Origin: Lama guanicoe
Lineage: Eukaryota
NCBI GenBank assembly: GCA_013239625.1
Contig: MU054220.1
Span: forward strand, 4,403,374 to 4,467,373
Direction: 5' to 3'
Length of the DNA stretch: 64,000 bases
Each line of letters opens with the position of its first letter. The first letter of the stretch is position 1. Of this stretch, positions 22,656-34,885 are shown piece by piece. The notes under the pieces were generated by a model, which had not been told where the DNA came from, did no database searches, and was given only the letters and a program-made list of their open reading frames with translations. The position numbers and the translations under genes are program-made.

Positions 22656-25600
22656 CTTCAGACTTACCTTCTGTCTGGAAAAAAAGTCAAAATGCTGAAT
22701 AAGACCTAAGAAACATCTTTTTAAGGTCTCAAGGAATGAAAAAATAAATCAAATAGCAAGAAGCCAGGAGGTAAGAAAATTTTAGGCTAACAGCTGCTTC
22801 TAATTCATTATGACAATCCTCATATCCCCAGACACTGAGAGCTTTTTTAAAAATCTAGACTCATGCACTTCCCAACAAATGTCATCTTCTAAGTTCTTTT
22901 TCTACATTACACATGCCCCCACCTCCAATATACAAAACCTTGATACTCCTTTTATAGGTTTGTGGCACCAGTACTTCAAAGTACTGGCACTCAGCTCAAC
23001 CTCTCCAAACCATCTTTAGTTGCTTGAGATGTTCCCATAGCAACTTGTACTTCCCTGTAACGATACTTAATTTTGTTACTCGTTCAGTATCTGCCCAGGT
23101 CAGCCTTTGTCATCATATCCTTAGCCTGGTGCCTGGCACATAGGTAACTAGTGGGAGAGGCACACCACAACGATGTGGCCGAGTTAGTGAAGAAATGAAC
23201 CATGACTGAAGACTCTAACTTATGAAAGATGGAGCAACAGCCAGATAAAGCCACAGGACAGAGGTGTACCATGTCCTGAGTTAGGATGCCAATCTTTCAT
23301 CAACAGGGATATAAAGAACTTCACTCACCAGTATTAGAAACATAACTATTTAGAAAGAAATTGAACAAATAAAAGCTCTTATTCTTGGACCAACACTTTG
23401 TTCCACAAGCAAAAGCTTCACTCTGGCCCAAGCTCCCTCCCCTAGAAGAGGGTAATTTCAGTGGGGCTCTCAACTCCGGGAGTAAGTAGGTCACACTGTT
23501 CTTCCAGAAACTTGGATAACACAGAAGGATAGTTCAAGGGTCAAGTAGGATTCTTTTGGTTTTGCCTTCCAAAAGGTGGTACCCATCATCCCTGTTGGTC
23601 TCGATGAGTGCTGGTGGGAGGGCCAAGAGGGCAGAGATGACCTCCCTTCTTTGGTCAAGAAGCTATCACCAGGGCACTTCTGCCTTCTCCCAGGGCTGGG
23701 CTGTCACATATGGAATGTGTTTCTTCTATTTCACCTTAATAACTAAATCAAAGATGTGACAGCTCTGTAGACAAGCACACAGGGCCAGAATTTAAGCAGT
23801 TCTACCAGTTCAGGCTAGATTAGGGACTCCCTTGGACTTCTTACCCTGGAAGTCCTTGCTGTTAACAAGGTCCCACTACTCTGCCCCATCCACCCAGCCC
23901 TTAGCTGGGGACTCCAGGTTCAGAGGAAACAGGGATCAGGATGGGGTAGGGAAGCTGGAGGCCAGTGTAGCCTAATAGGCCATTGGAGGAAGGAGGCTGG
24001 AAGCAGTTGGAATGAGGACCTCTCCAGGCAGGCTTATGGGCCAGAAAATAGGACCAAGCCAAGTAACTGCGAAAAGTGTGTTTTTCTGGTAAATATATTT
24101 TCTGATAAGGAAGCGAGTATGCAGAAAGACTAGGGGGAACTTAGAAGTTAGACCTCTGCCAAGACTTGTCTTTTCTATAGGAAAAGTCTATTGTGAATGA
24201 CGTTGTTCCACAAAGGCCATAATGTCCTTAAATCTCAGCCCTAAGTTGTCTGGTTGGGATACATGGACCCTCTCCTCAAGTCTTCTTGGCTATATCCTCG
24301 GTTTCAGTATTTCTCATCCTTCAACCATCTACCTCCCAAGCCACACTCAGGGGCCTTCTACAGAAGCAGTGTCTCAGAACCAGCCCACTGGTGCCCTCTC
24401 ATAAGAGGTGAAAGACAGATCTTAAACAGTAGGAACTGGGAATGGGGAGTGAACATGGGAAATGAACGAGGAACAAGGTCTCCTGTCCATCTGGGATGCC
24501 AGCACCTGGGTATACCGTTTATACCAGGTACTTCTACTCTCACTTTTCCTTACAAGCCCTTCTAGCTCTGTCTTGCCCTCTGGCCTTCTTTCCCTTTGCC
24601 ATGCTCCAGCCTCCCCTGCTGTCTCAGTACTCCAACCTAATTCAGATGTTTTCTTCTCAATGTAGTAATTATGATAAACATTGTCAAGTCTTCTTTACGT
24701 GCATGGGAAGCAAGGTGTCTGGGGATATAAACCCCTAAATACAAGTTGCAAAACTGAAAAGTCAGGTAAAAGAAGCCTCGAGAAGCTTCGATTCTGTTTT
24801 TTAGTCACCACTTACCAATTGTAGGATGTCGGAAGAATTATCTCCCCTGCCTGGGCATCAGTTACTCATGCAAGATAAGAAGATACTTACCTCAATTAGA
24901 GGTTAAACTGAAGCTCAATGAAGACAAGTAAGTTCTAGTGTTCCACAATAGAACCAGGATTTAAATCTAAGATCTCCCACTTTAGCTCATAACTCGTGGG
25001 AAGAAGAGTGAATTGGCAGAAAACCAGTCCTTGCACAGACTGTAGCTTGGCTTCACATCACATAATGCCCAGGAAGTCTCAAGTTTTGAAGCTGGATTAA
25101 CTCATCCAACAATATTGTCATCCTGTACTGTTGGAGACTCAAAGTCCCTGAGCAGGAGCAAACAAATCTGGAAGCAGTTACCGTAGATTGTAGATTTCTC
25201 AAAAGGATTGTTTTTCAAATACAGTGTCCAACACAGAGAAAATCCAGACACATGAGTAAATAGCATGAGCTAAAACCAGCACAGGCAACAAAGACCAATT
25301 GGACTTGAGGTACTAGGGGTAGATTTTAAAATAATTGCTTTTCTGTTTAAGGAGATAAAATCTAAGCCTGAAAGTTGACAAAAACTGAAGTTATTAAAAT
25401 GACAGATTCAAAGATGATAAGAGATTCTAGATGTTAAAATACAATGACAAATGAAATCTCAATGGAAGAATTTAATAGCATATTAGATACAGCTTAAGAA
25501 AAAATAAGTGACCTGGAAAAAGAGGCTGAAGAAACTTTCTAGAAAGTCTTCTTGGCTAAACCTTTGGTTTCAATCTCTCTCACCCTTCAACCATCTACTT

Positions 25601-26334
25601 CCCAAGCCACACTCAGGGGCCTTCTATAGAAACAGCATCTCAGAACCAGGCACTTCTTTAACCTAAGAAGTCTCTTAGCCAAAAAGCCAGCCTCCAACTC
25701 AATCAAAAAACTGAAGGGTTTGAATTTATAAATGGGAAATAAGGCCACTCATTGTCACTGGAAATACCTAACATTGTACCAGACATCTCAGCCAGAAATA
25801 TTAGGCAAGGAAAGAAATTAGAGTTAAAAGTAGGGATTTAGATTCTTGCTACCCACAGATTACTACTGTCTACCTAGAAGACATAAAAGAATTAACAGAA
25901 ACTCTACAAGAGAATTTAGTATAGTTATAGAATAGGGGCCCGCTTCATCTTTTTGTAAATCCAGTTTTACTGGAACACAGCTACACCCATGCTGTATATA
26001 CATGCTGGCCAGAATCTGGGTGTAAATACTAGACCAGCATTTTCCACCCGGGTCACTTACCTAATGATTGAGCCCAGAGACGGCCCAGCAGCCTCGTCTA
26101 CATGCAGCTTCATTTCCATTTAATCCTAGCTGCTAGGAGGGAAGGATTATCCCCAACTCTCAGATAGGGAAAATGAGGGCATAATTTATGACCTGCTGTT
26201 CAGTTTAACACATTCCCCCAATATATCCAGAATGAGTATGGATGATGTAAGCTATCTAGGGGTCACAGCTGGAAACCACAACATTTTCAACAACAACTAA
26301 CACTGACTGGGCACTGCCTCGAGCCAGGCTCTGG

Positions 26335-26500
26335 TCTAGGTTCTTTGTACGCACCTCCTGATTTAATCCTCAAAATGGCTCTATTAGGAGGGTATCACCA
26401 TTAGCCTTACTTTACAGATGAAAAAACAGAGGCTCAAAAGCAGGAAGTGAATCACAAAAGTTCACACAAGTAGGATGGGAAAGGGGAGCTTGAAACCCAA
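26335..26500. mobile_element. MIR SINE; representative of many copies (e.g. ~2800-2960, 30815, 37750-37880, 48170-48290, 54560-54680, 55680-55790, 57150-57330, 59650-59770, 61315-61440)
   Basis: MIR core motif tttacagatga..aaac.gaggctca, or its complement cctcagtttcctcatctgtaaa. Confidence 0.75.
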
Positions 26501-26955
26501 GTCTGTGAACCCCAGGCCCCACCGTCCTCTTAACCATCCCTCTGTGAAGCCTCTCACTGGAAGGGCACAGATACCCTCAGAGCTTGGCATTCACTTTCAG
26601 GGATCCAGAAGACTCATAAGTCCATCGTTAGTCCCGCCCTGCAGGAGCCCAGGTGAAGCCCAGGCATTGTTTGGCCTGAATCCCCCTCTTATCCCACCTC
26701 CAAGGCTCCTGACCTGGCCACCCTGCACTTACCTCTGTCCATGTTTTCACTCATTTCTTCCCTGGTCCAAAATCCTTAAGTTGTTCCTAACCGTTGGAGC
26801 TCAGAGACCTCTCCACCGCCCTCGTCCTCTCACTGAGCTTGCTTCGGGCTCTGCTTTTAAACACAGGTGGTTTTAAGGGCAACAAGAAACTCCACCTTGT
26901 CCTTTCCAAGGGAATCTCCCCAGAAGTTCTCAATTACCTGAAATGGCCTTTCTTT

Positions 26956-27370
26956 CTAAAAAGAAATTTTTTAATTTATTTATTTACTATTAATTAAGGT
27001 ACCATTGGTTTATAATATGATGTAAGCTTCATGTGTGCAACATTATATGTCAACTCTGTACACACTATAGCATGCTCACCTCCAAAAGTTTGGTTTCCAT
27101 CTGTCACTGTACAGTTGACCCCCTTTACCCAGTTACCTGCCCCTGTCCCAGCTTCCCATCTGGTAACAGCTACTCTGTTCACTGTATCTACATGTTTGTG
27201 TTGGTTTGATTTGGTTTGCTCATTTATTTTGGTTTTTTTGTTTGTTGGGGTGCATGTATCTTTATGAATTCGTGTTTTTATTTCTTTTGGATAAATACCC
27301 AGAAGTGGAATGTAAATTGATGCAGCCACTATGGAAAACAGTATGGAGATTCCTCAAAAATTTGAGAATA
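26956..27370 (-). mobile_element. 5'-truncated L1 with 5' inversion, 15-bp TSD
   Basis: TSD aaatggcctttcttt (26941-26955) / aaatggcttttcttt (27371-27385). L1 3' end is on the minus strand and the ORF2 piece 27306-27370 is on the plus strand. Confidence 0.85.
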
Positions 27371-28261
27371 AAATGGCTTTTCTTTGCACCATTAGAGAGG
27401 CTGAGCAATTCCCACATCTGGGAGAACCGCACTTTGGAGCGGCGGTTCCCACACTTTGGAGGCAGTGGCATCACCTGGAGAGCTTATAAAGAGGCTCTTG
27501 GAAGTGGGCGAGGACCTGTGCCGGGGTAGTGGCTCAGGCCCACCAGGTGATCTGAATACTTAGCAATGTCTGAGAACCACTGGAGCAAGTGAATCTCAAT
27601 TAAAGCACAAACGAGCTGCTAACCTTGCCCGTTTCTGGGGAGGCCACAATTGAGAAGGCTGCAGTGGGTTAGCCTACGGCAGGAGGGACAACTTGACGAG
27701 GAAGCCCTGGAGGGCTGGTCCCACTCCCCACAGCCCTACCTGACTGCATAGAGAGCAAACCCACCCAGTCTCTCTGGTCTTCATTTTCTCCTTGTTAAAG
27801 CAGGAGGTCATGAAAGCTCCCTCACAAAGGATGATGGGAAAGGCGTGTGTGAATGAGCGCCAGGCATTTGGAGCTCCTGGTCGGCCTTCCCTGAGGTCAG
27901 GAAACAGAAGCAAGGCCAAGAGCAGCCTATGATTGGAGAACACCCTGCCTTGTGACTGTCCTCCAGCTTCAGTGGGTGCTTGTTTGAAATGCAGAGGCCT
28001 GGGCTCCACCATGGGATCCAGATTCATCAGGTCTATAATTGGGCCGAGGAGTCTGCATTTTAGAACAAACACGGCAGGTGATTCTGGATTACTCTCGGCT
28101 AGACGCTGCCCTCATAGACTGCACACCGAGAGGAAGCATGAGCGGTGGGCAGGCACTTCCCCGAGAGAGTTAGGACCTCCCATATCCCCCAGCCTGGCCT
28201 GCACGGACAGCCCATCTCCTGTCATTTATTTGTTCGGTCCCTGTTCATTTAAAAACACAAC

Positions 28262-28472
28262 TATGATAAACAAATTTATACTGTACAGCACAGGGAACTA
28301 TATTCGATATCTTGTAGTAGCTTATGTGAAAAAGAATATGAAAACAAATATATGTATGTTCACGTATGACTGAAACATTGTGCTGTGCACCAGAAATTGA
28401 CACAACATTGAAAACTGACTACACGTCAATAAAAAAATAAGAATTTAAAACGCAAAAAATAAAAAATAAAAA
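28262..28472 (+). mobile_element. 5'-truncated L1 3' end (cetartiodactyl type)
   Basis: tactgtacagcacagggaactatatt...ccagaaattgacacaacattg...caataaaaaa tail. Confidence 0.85.
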
Positions 28473-29209
28473 CAATTCAGCGGGTGCCTGTTATGTACCG
28501 AGCACTGTGTTAGACCCTGAGACTCAAAATAAAGGGACAGTTCCCTGACTTCAAGGAGCTCCAGAATACGCTTTCCCATGGAAAAGTCTGATCACAACTT
28601 TCCTTTGCTCAAGATCCCTCAGTAATTCCTCTTCACCTCACAGGGGTTATAAACTCAAACACCTTCAAGGACACAAACCACAACAGGTATGCAAAATTGG
28701 CTAAGGCAAAGCGGAAGACTGGGGAGGATGTCAGTGAACAAAAGCCTGCATATCCTCTTACACGGCTTCAAGTTAAACAAACAAAGGGCCAGCACCGCCC
28801 AACAGTCTGGTTTTACCTATTGATTTCCGCCCTCCGGCCATCAGTCTGCAACCTCTGAATCCAAACTCTTTCCTGTGGCATACCAGACCTCTAGAACGTT
28901 CACTCACAAGTACTCCCTAGTCTCATTCTTGCACCTCTCTCCCCCCTCAACAGCCCCCAAGCACTGAACCTCCTATAAGTCCTCCCGCATACCGTGATCT
29001 CTCATTCCTCCAGGCCTTTACACACGCTGTTCCCTCCACTCAGAGAGCCCTTTTCGCAAACCTACCCACTTGACAGTCCTCCAAGTCTACGTGTGCATGT
29101 CACCTCCTCCAAGGAATCTTCCTCCCTGACTCCTTAGGCAGGTTTAGGGGCCCAACCCTACACCCCCATGCTCTTTGTGCATGCCTACAGTATACAGCAC
29201 AGCAGTCAG

Positions 29210-29635
29210 GCAGTGCTTTGAGGCCTTTGCTGTAGCTGGGCCCCAACGCCTAGACCACTCTGCCCCCAGATACATGCTCGGCTCACTCCCTTACCTCCTT
29301 CAAGTCTTTGCTCAAATCTCCCCTTCTCCCTGAGGCCGACTATAACTACTGCTTCAACCAGCAACCTCTTCCCACCCCCAGCACACTGCAGTTCCCCTAT
29401 CCCTTTCTACCTTTCACGTCTTATTGCACTTTTCTCCTTCACATGCACTCTACACTTAACTATTATATGCATCCTCCCTTCCAAAACTCCACGAGAGCAA
29501 AGGGCTTCCATTGTCTGGTTTACTGATGTTTCTCAAATGCAAAGAATGCTGCTTAGCCCATAGGGAGCTCAACAATGTTTCTGAATGAAGGAACAAGGGG
29601 ACGAATGAATGAATGAACCAATGAACGAATGAAGG
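29210..29635 (+). mobile_element. L2 3' end with (GAAT)n tail
   Basis: gctcactcccttacctccttcaagtctttgctcaaat...gagctcaacaatg...gaatgaatgaatgaa. Confidence 0.75.
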
Positions 29636-29859
29636 AATAAAACAATGCAGTTATCTAAAGTCTGGGTCCCCTTCTGGATTGTAGGTTTCTCAGCTTCCGC
29701 CTTAGTTCCAAGGTACACAGAGGTTCTTGGTTAGTGTTTGTTGACAATTATCTGTAACTAAGGATGGGAATGAAGGAATCAATCGATTGCAGTCACCAGG
29801 TGCCTGCTGATGGTGGAATGAAGACTTGCCCAGAGAAAACCCCACTTTCCCCCCAGTCT

Positions 29860-30240
29860 CCGCCGTTTCCCACATCTGGATCATCTCTCCTGCAGAGTGC
29901 GGGGGCTCCGACCACCACAACTGTAGCATAGCTTCGCCAAGAGGGGTCGCCAAACCCTTATTTTCCTTCCTGGTGCGGAAAACTCAGGGCAGACGCAGAG
30001 AAAGCGCAAGTGAGAGGACGGAAGAAAGGTGGGCAAAGAACCTGGGCCCCCTCCCAGAGCAGCCAGCGCCCTGCCCACGTGGCGCGTGCCCGCGGAAGGC
30101 TGGGGACCGAGCTCGCGCTGACTGCTGGACCCCGACGAGCCCCGTCCAACTCAGCGCGGCACCTGTGCTCCCAGGATCTTTTAGATACGACCCCGGGCGA
30201 GAGAAGTTGGATGCCTTAGGCAATGTCGCACAACTATAAA
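29860..30240. promoter_or_regulatory. Small CpG-rich, non-repeat element (promoter- or enhancer-like)
   Basis: Local CpG excess in CpG-poor surroundings, E-box CACGTG at ~30076 and TATAAA at ~30235. Confidence 0.5.
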
Positions 30241-31554
30241 ACCTCAGGGGTAGGATGAGAATCCAGATTTGCTGAGTGCTTTTGTTTCCTCCCTCCACTC
30301 CGCCCTCCTCCCCAGCTCTTTCTGGCATCTCTGTTTCAACAGCAGAGCAAGATTCCAAGTCCAGTGCCTGGCTTGGCCCAATTTAGAAGGCCCCTGGATC
30401 CTCTTTCTTGGTGGGGAAAGCGTGGAAGTAGGCAGTGGGAGGAGAGGAAAAGGCAGAGTTCCAGCTGCCCTCAGCCCCCCTCCCCTTTTGTACCACCCTT
30501 GCTCCCTTGATTTCAGCCCCTGGACTTTTAAGTAGCCACTTGGTTACATGCCAATTCACCTGGGAAAGAAGAGCCTGGCAAACACAGAGGTAAGGCAGGA
30601 GGGAGAAGAGACTGCAAAGGGTCCCCTATCCCCTCCGAGAGCTAAACAGTAGGGAAACTGAGACCCGAGTGGGGGCTACCTGAGAAAACCCTGGTCTGTG
30701 TACACCTGCTGCCAGAACCAAGGAGTCTGTAATGATGGGCTCTTTTCATGGACATAGATCCAGAGTTCCAGGTACTGGGCCTCTCGGCAATCCAGTGAGG
30801 AAAGTATCCTTGGCCCCATTTTACAGATGGGGAAACTAAGTCCCAACAAGCTTTCCTCAACATTGCTCAAGTTCACACTGCTTGCACTGGCCTGACTCTA
30901 GGTGTGTCTGAATCCAGGCCTAGCGTGTGTTCTCTTTCTGGATTTCCCAGCCTCGGCAACAGGGCCTTAATGATCCCATGAGGTCTGGCCTGGTCTCCAG
31001 GTTGTATGAGATGATCTGGAGTGGGGAGCCAGAGAAGGAGGAATGCCAGTGTCACGGTCTGGTGGCTGTGGCAAACTCAACCCATCTATTTCTGGCAGGA
31101 CGTGAGGAAGGTTATCACCAGATTGCCCTCTGGGGAACATTCTTCTTCCAACCAGTTACCCAGCAGGCCTTAATACCCAGCAGTTACCCAAAGGGCACTG
31201 CAGGTGTTCCTTTCTCCAGAAAGCCTCCCTGACTACTCCAGCCCCTCAGAGCTCCACGGCTACCCTTCGAGATTCTGAGCCATTGTCCACGTAGGTGTCC
31301 TCTGACCTTGGAACTCATTCCCAACCTGATTGTAATGACCTTGAAAAGAGAGACAAACTCTTTGCTTGTACTTCCCTTTAGCCTCTGGTGGCTGAGCATA
31401 CAGTAGGTGCCAAGAAGCTGCTTTTTGTTTACTTGTTTACTGTTTACACGGGAAAACAGATCTTAAAAAGCAGCTCTCTGTTCCAGGGAGTTTTTAACCA
31501 AATTTGAAAATGATATCTGTGTCCTGTGGGACAACAGAGAGGAGTGAATTATCA

Positions 31555-31990
31555 TTACTCATTCATTCAACAAATATTTCATGAGCAACTGCCATGTGCT
31601 AGACATCGTTCGTGGCACTGGCGACACAGAAGGCAACAAAACAGGGGCATCCCTCTTGTCATTTACCTTCTAAAGCAGGTATCAGAAAATGAACAAAGTA
31701 TAGAAACAAATATAGTCGGGTAAGTGCTGTAAAGGAAACCCAAGTTGGACGGGGGATTGAGAGCAAGAGGGAATGCTATTTAGATAGGTTAGTTAGGCAA
31801 AGGCCCATAAGAAGTAAAGGAGAGTCCACATGGATCTCTGGGGCAATAGCTCCAGGCAAAGGGCAGAGCGAGTGCAAAGGCCCTGGGGTGAGAACATGCA
31901 TTTGCTGTATTTGAGCAAAGGATCTCTCAAGGTTTTGTGAAGCTTGATAAGGACTTTGGCTTTTCTTTTGAGCATGATGGGAAGACAGTA
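31555..31990 (-). mobile_element. L2 fragment
   Basis: cattcattcaacaaatattt...gagtgcaaaggccctgggg. Confidence 0.75.
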
Positions 31991-33849
31991 CAGATCTTCT
32001 GGAGCTGGTATCTGAGTGACTAACTGCCTTGTGGAGCTGGCTGGGGGTTCCCAAACCAGTTGTGACACCTTGGGCTGTGTGAGGTACATTCCTGGCTCAG
32101 ATCTACTTGTTCTCAATGCTAGAGTAGACCACCTTTGCTCCTTCAAAGTCCGAGGTATTCATCTGGGGTTCCTGGAACTCCGAGACAACATTCTCAACCA
32201 GGGGCCACATTGCAGTCACCTGGAAAGCTTTCCCCCAGACCAGTGCCAAGCTCCATCTCTGCCTCACTGACCCAGAGTCTCTGGGGTGGACCACAGGGAT
32301 AAATGCCACTCATAAAGAAACAGTCTTAAAGGGGCTGTGGATGGGCCTCAGAGGACCTCTCATCCCATCTCAAATTTGATCTGCAGGTACATTTGATGTT
32401 AAAAGGATGATAAGGACCAGACTTTCATCCCCCAAAGATGGAGAATCATATTCCCAGGCGAACAAAGTGGGTCTGTTGGGGAAGCCTGATTACAACCCAC
32501 GGCCCCGCTGCCTTCACTGCTCCCTTCACCCTCCTGTTTGCTCCCTCCCCAGCCTCCCGCCACCCACCCCTCCTGCCAATGCCTTCTTCTCTGGTTTCTC
32601 CATCTTTACTTTGCCTCCATCTATTTTGATGTCAGCAGCTCCCTTCCTTCCAGCACTTAGTATGCTGCCAGCATTCAATACCTCTTCAAATATGAATAAG
32701 CTGTTCTCTGCGCCAGAGCTGTGGTGGCTCAGTTAAATCAGTCTTTTCTGGGCTCTTTCTGTTTGCTTTTCCCCAAGGTCTTCCTGCTTCGGCTGTCAAA
32801 GAGGAGTTTGTTCCTGCCACCCTCCTCTCCCCCTGCCCAGGACTCAGGGTACTGCTTAGGGCACAAAGAAAAGGATCTTGTTTCCTTATCCATGGATGCT
32901 ATCTACTTTTGTCACCCACACTTCAAAGCTGAGGGGCCCTCTTGGGGATCCCTGGTCCTGGGAGGGAGACCGAATGCCCTTGGCCCTGGGTGTGCTGGGG
33001 GAGCAGGTGGGAGCCAGCAGCCATGGGGTGACTGGTGGCCTGGCTCCCTGGGGTGGGGCTGTCTGGCTTTGGCAGGCACTGAACTCATCTCCTTGTGGTC
33101 TGGACCTGTTTGCTGTGATCCCCTGAAATGTCCCTTTCTCTGAATGGCGTATGGGTGGTGCAGTGTGACCTATATGTAGACTTGTTGTCAGGGGTCTGGG
33201 GGGGTCAAGTCACAAGTCCCAGCTCCATGCCTTACAAACTGTGGTGGTAAGTTATTAAGTATCTCTGGGCAGCAGTTTCTCATCTGTGAAGAGACATGAG
33301 GAAAGAGGCTTGAGAGAATTAATAATATAAATTTGAGCCTCTCCCAAATTCTGTCCAGTTATCCACTAAACCACTCCTCCACCTGAGCATTTAAACATTC
33401 ATTCTCTCAATTTGGATTTATTGAGGTCAACTGCGCACTCGCCAGTCTCCCAAGACTGAAGTCATGACAAGGAATGTTCTGCAAGGAGCTGACCCCTTTC
33501 ACTCTCACCCAGGAGACCTAGGAGTTTTCACAAAACATTTTCTTCCCGTTACACCACATTTGCCAGTTCCTTCCCACCGGGAGTTTTCTTGGCAGGAAGT
33601 CTCCTTGTTCCCTGGGAGGCCCGCTCTGACTTACTGGGCTTCTGTTGACCTTGGGCTTCTGTTGACCTTGGGCTTCTCTTGACCTGGGTCTTTCCCCAAA
33701 CCCAGAATCTACCAACTTGGTCTCCACCTATCCCCTTCTTCCTAGGAACTCTTGGGTAGGGACAAGGCCTAAGTGGCCCCCTGCCCCATCAGCCCACTCT
33801 GCTAAGTCCTCAGAGCCAGAGAGGGCTCCTTCACCCCAGAGCCTTTCAG

Positions 33850-34350
33850 AGAGCGGCTTCATCATGCCATTCTCCGTGTACTGGGCACGCAGGTGGAGGC
33901 ACGCCAGATGCTGTACGGAGCCCTGAGCAACATTATCACAAGTCACTCCCACAGCCCTGCGGCAGCCGTAACACTGGTGGCCACTGTGAATACCCCTGTG
34001 TCGTCCCCTCGGATGCTGACTCGGCTTGGTCACGTGTCCTGCGTCAGCCAATGGGACATTAGAAAGCACGATGCAAGCAGAGGCCTGACAAGTGCTTGGG
34101 CCCTGGGGCTTGTCCTCTTGGAGCGTTTGCCCTTGGAAGTCAGCCGCCATGCTGTAAAGGGGCTCAGGCCAGGCTACAGAGGGATGAGAAGCCTCATGGA
34201 GAGAGGGCCTGGAGGAGGAGACACCATGTCCCACATTCCAGCCCCCCGACTGAGCCCCACTGACTCACAGAATCATGAGAAATATTACATTGCTATGGTT
34301 TTAAGCCCCTAAGTTCAGGGGATGATGTGTTACAGAGCAACAGAAAAAGG
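33850..34350 (+). mobile_element. MLT1-family LTR fragment
   Basis: tggtcacgtgtcctgcgtcagccaatggg...gttttaagcccctaagtt...tgttacagagcaa. Confidence 0.6.
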
Positions 34351-34449
34351 AAGCAAACCCCGAGACCCAGATAATCTTATTACTGTCCCCATTTTACAGC
34401 TTGAAATCTGTCTCCCAAGGTTGCCTACTTAGTAAGCCAATGTGGCAAA

Positions 34450-34885
34450 AATGAACCACCTGGCTCTCCTGCGGGGGGAACTAAATGGACTGACAGCCCC
34501 TCTACGTCCCCCCTGGACCTGGACCAGCATTGCATTCTCACTGAGGCAGTCTTCCTGCTCCCTCCAGGATGCGCCCAGGCACTGATTGCCCTGGCAGGGG
34601 TTCCCATTCCTAGGAGATGTGGCGTTCCTTCTTCAGCCTACTTTGGCTCAAGGACTCCCCATCCGCTGGGCTGAGGCTTTTTTGGAATTGTGTTGCAGAG
34701 TAATAAGACTCTTCCTGCCTCAGTCCCCCTTCCTTCTTTCTCCTTTACCAGGACCACAGTCTGAAGGCTGTCCTACCTCCTCCCGCCTCCTCCTGCTCCC
34801 GCCAGCTATCCTTCACAGGTGCTTCCTCCAATTAATCTGTTGCATTTTGAATCCCATTTTGGCGTCTGCCTCTCAGAGGATGGGA
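34450..34885. mobile_element. ERVL-type LTR relic (LTR16-like)
   Basis: actttggctcaaggactcccc...ttcctgcctcagtcccccttcc...cccattttggcgtctgcctctcagagga. Confidence 0.55.
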
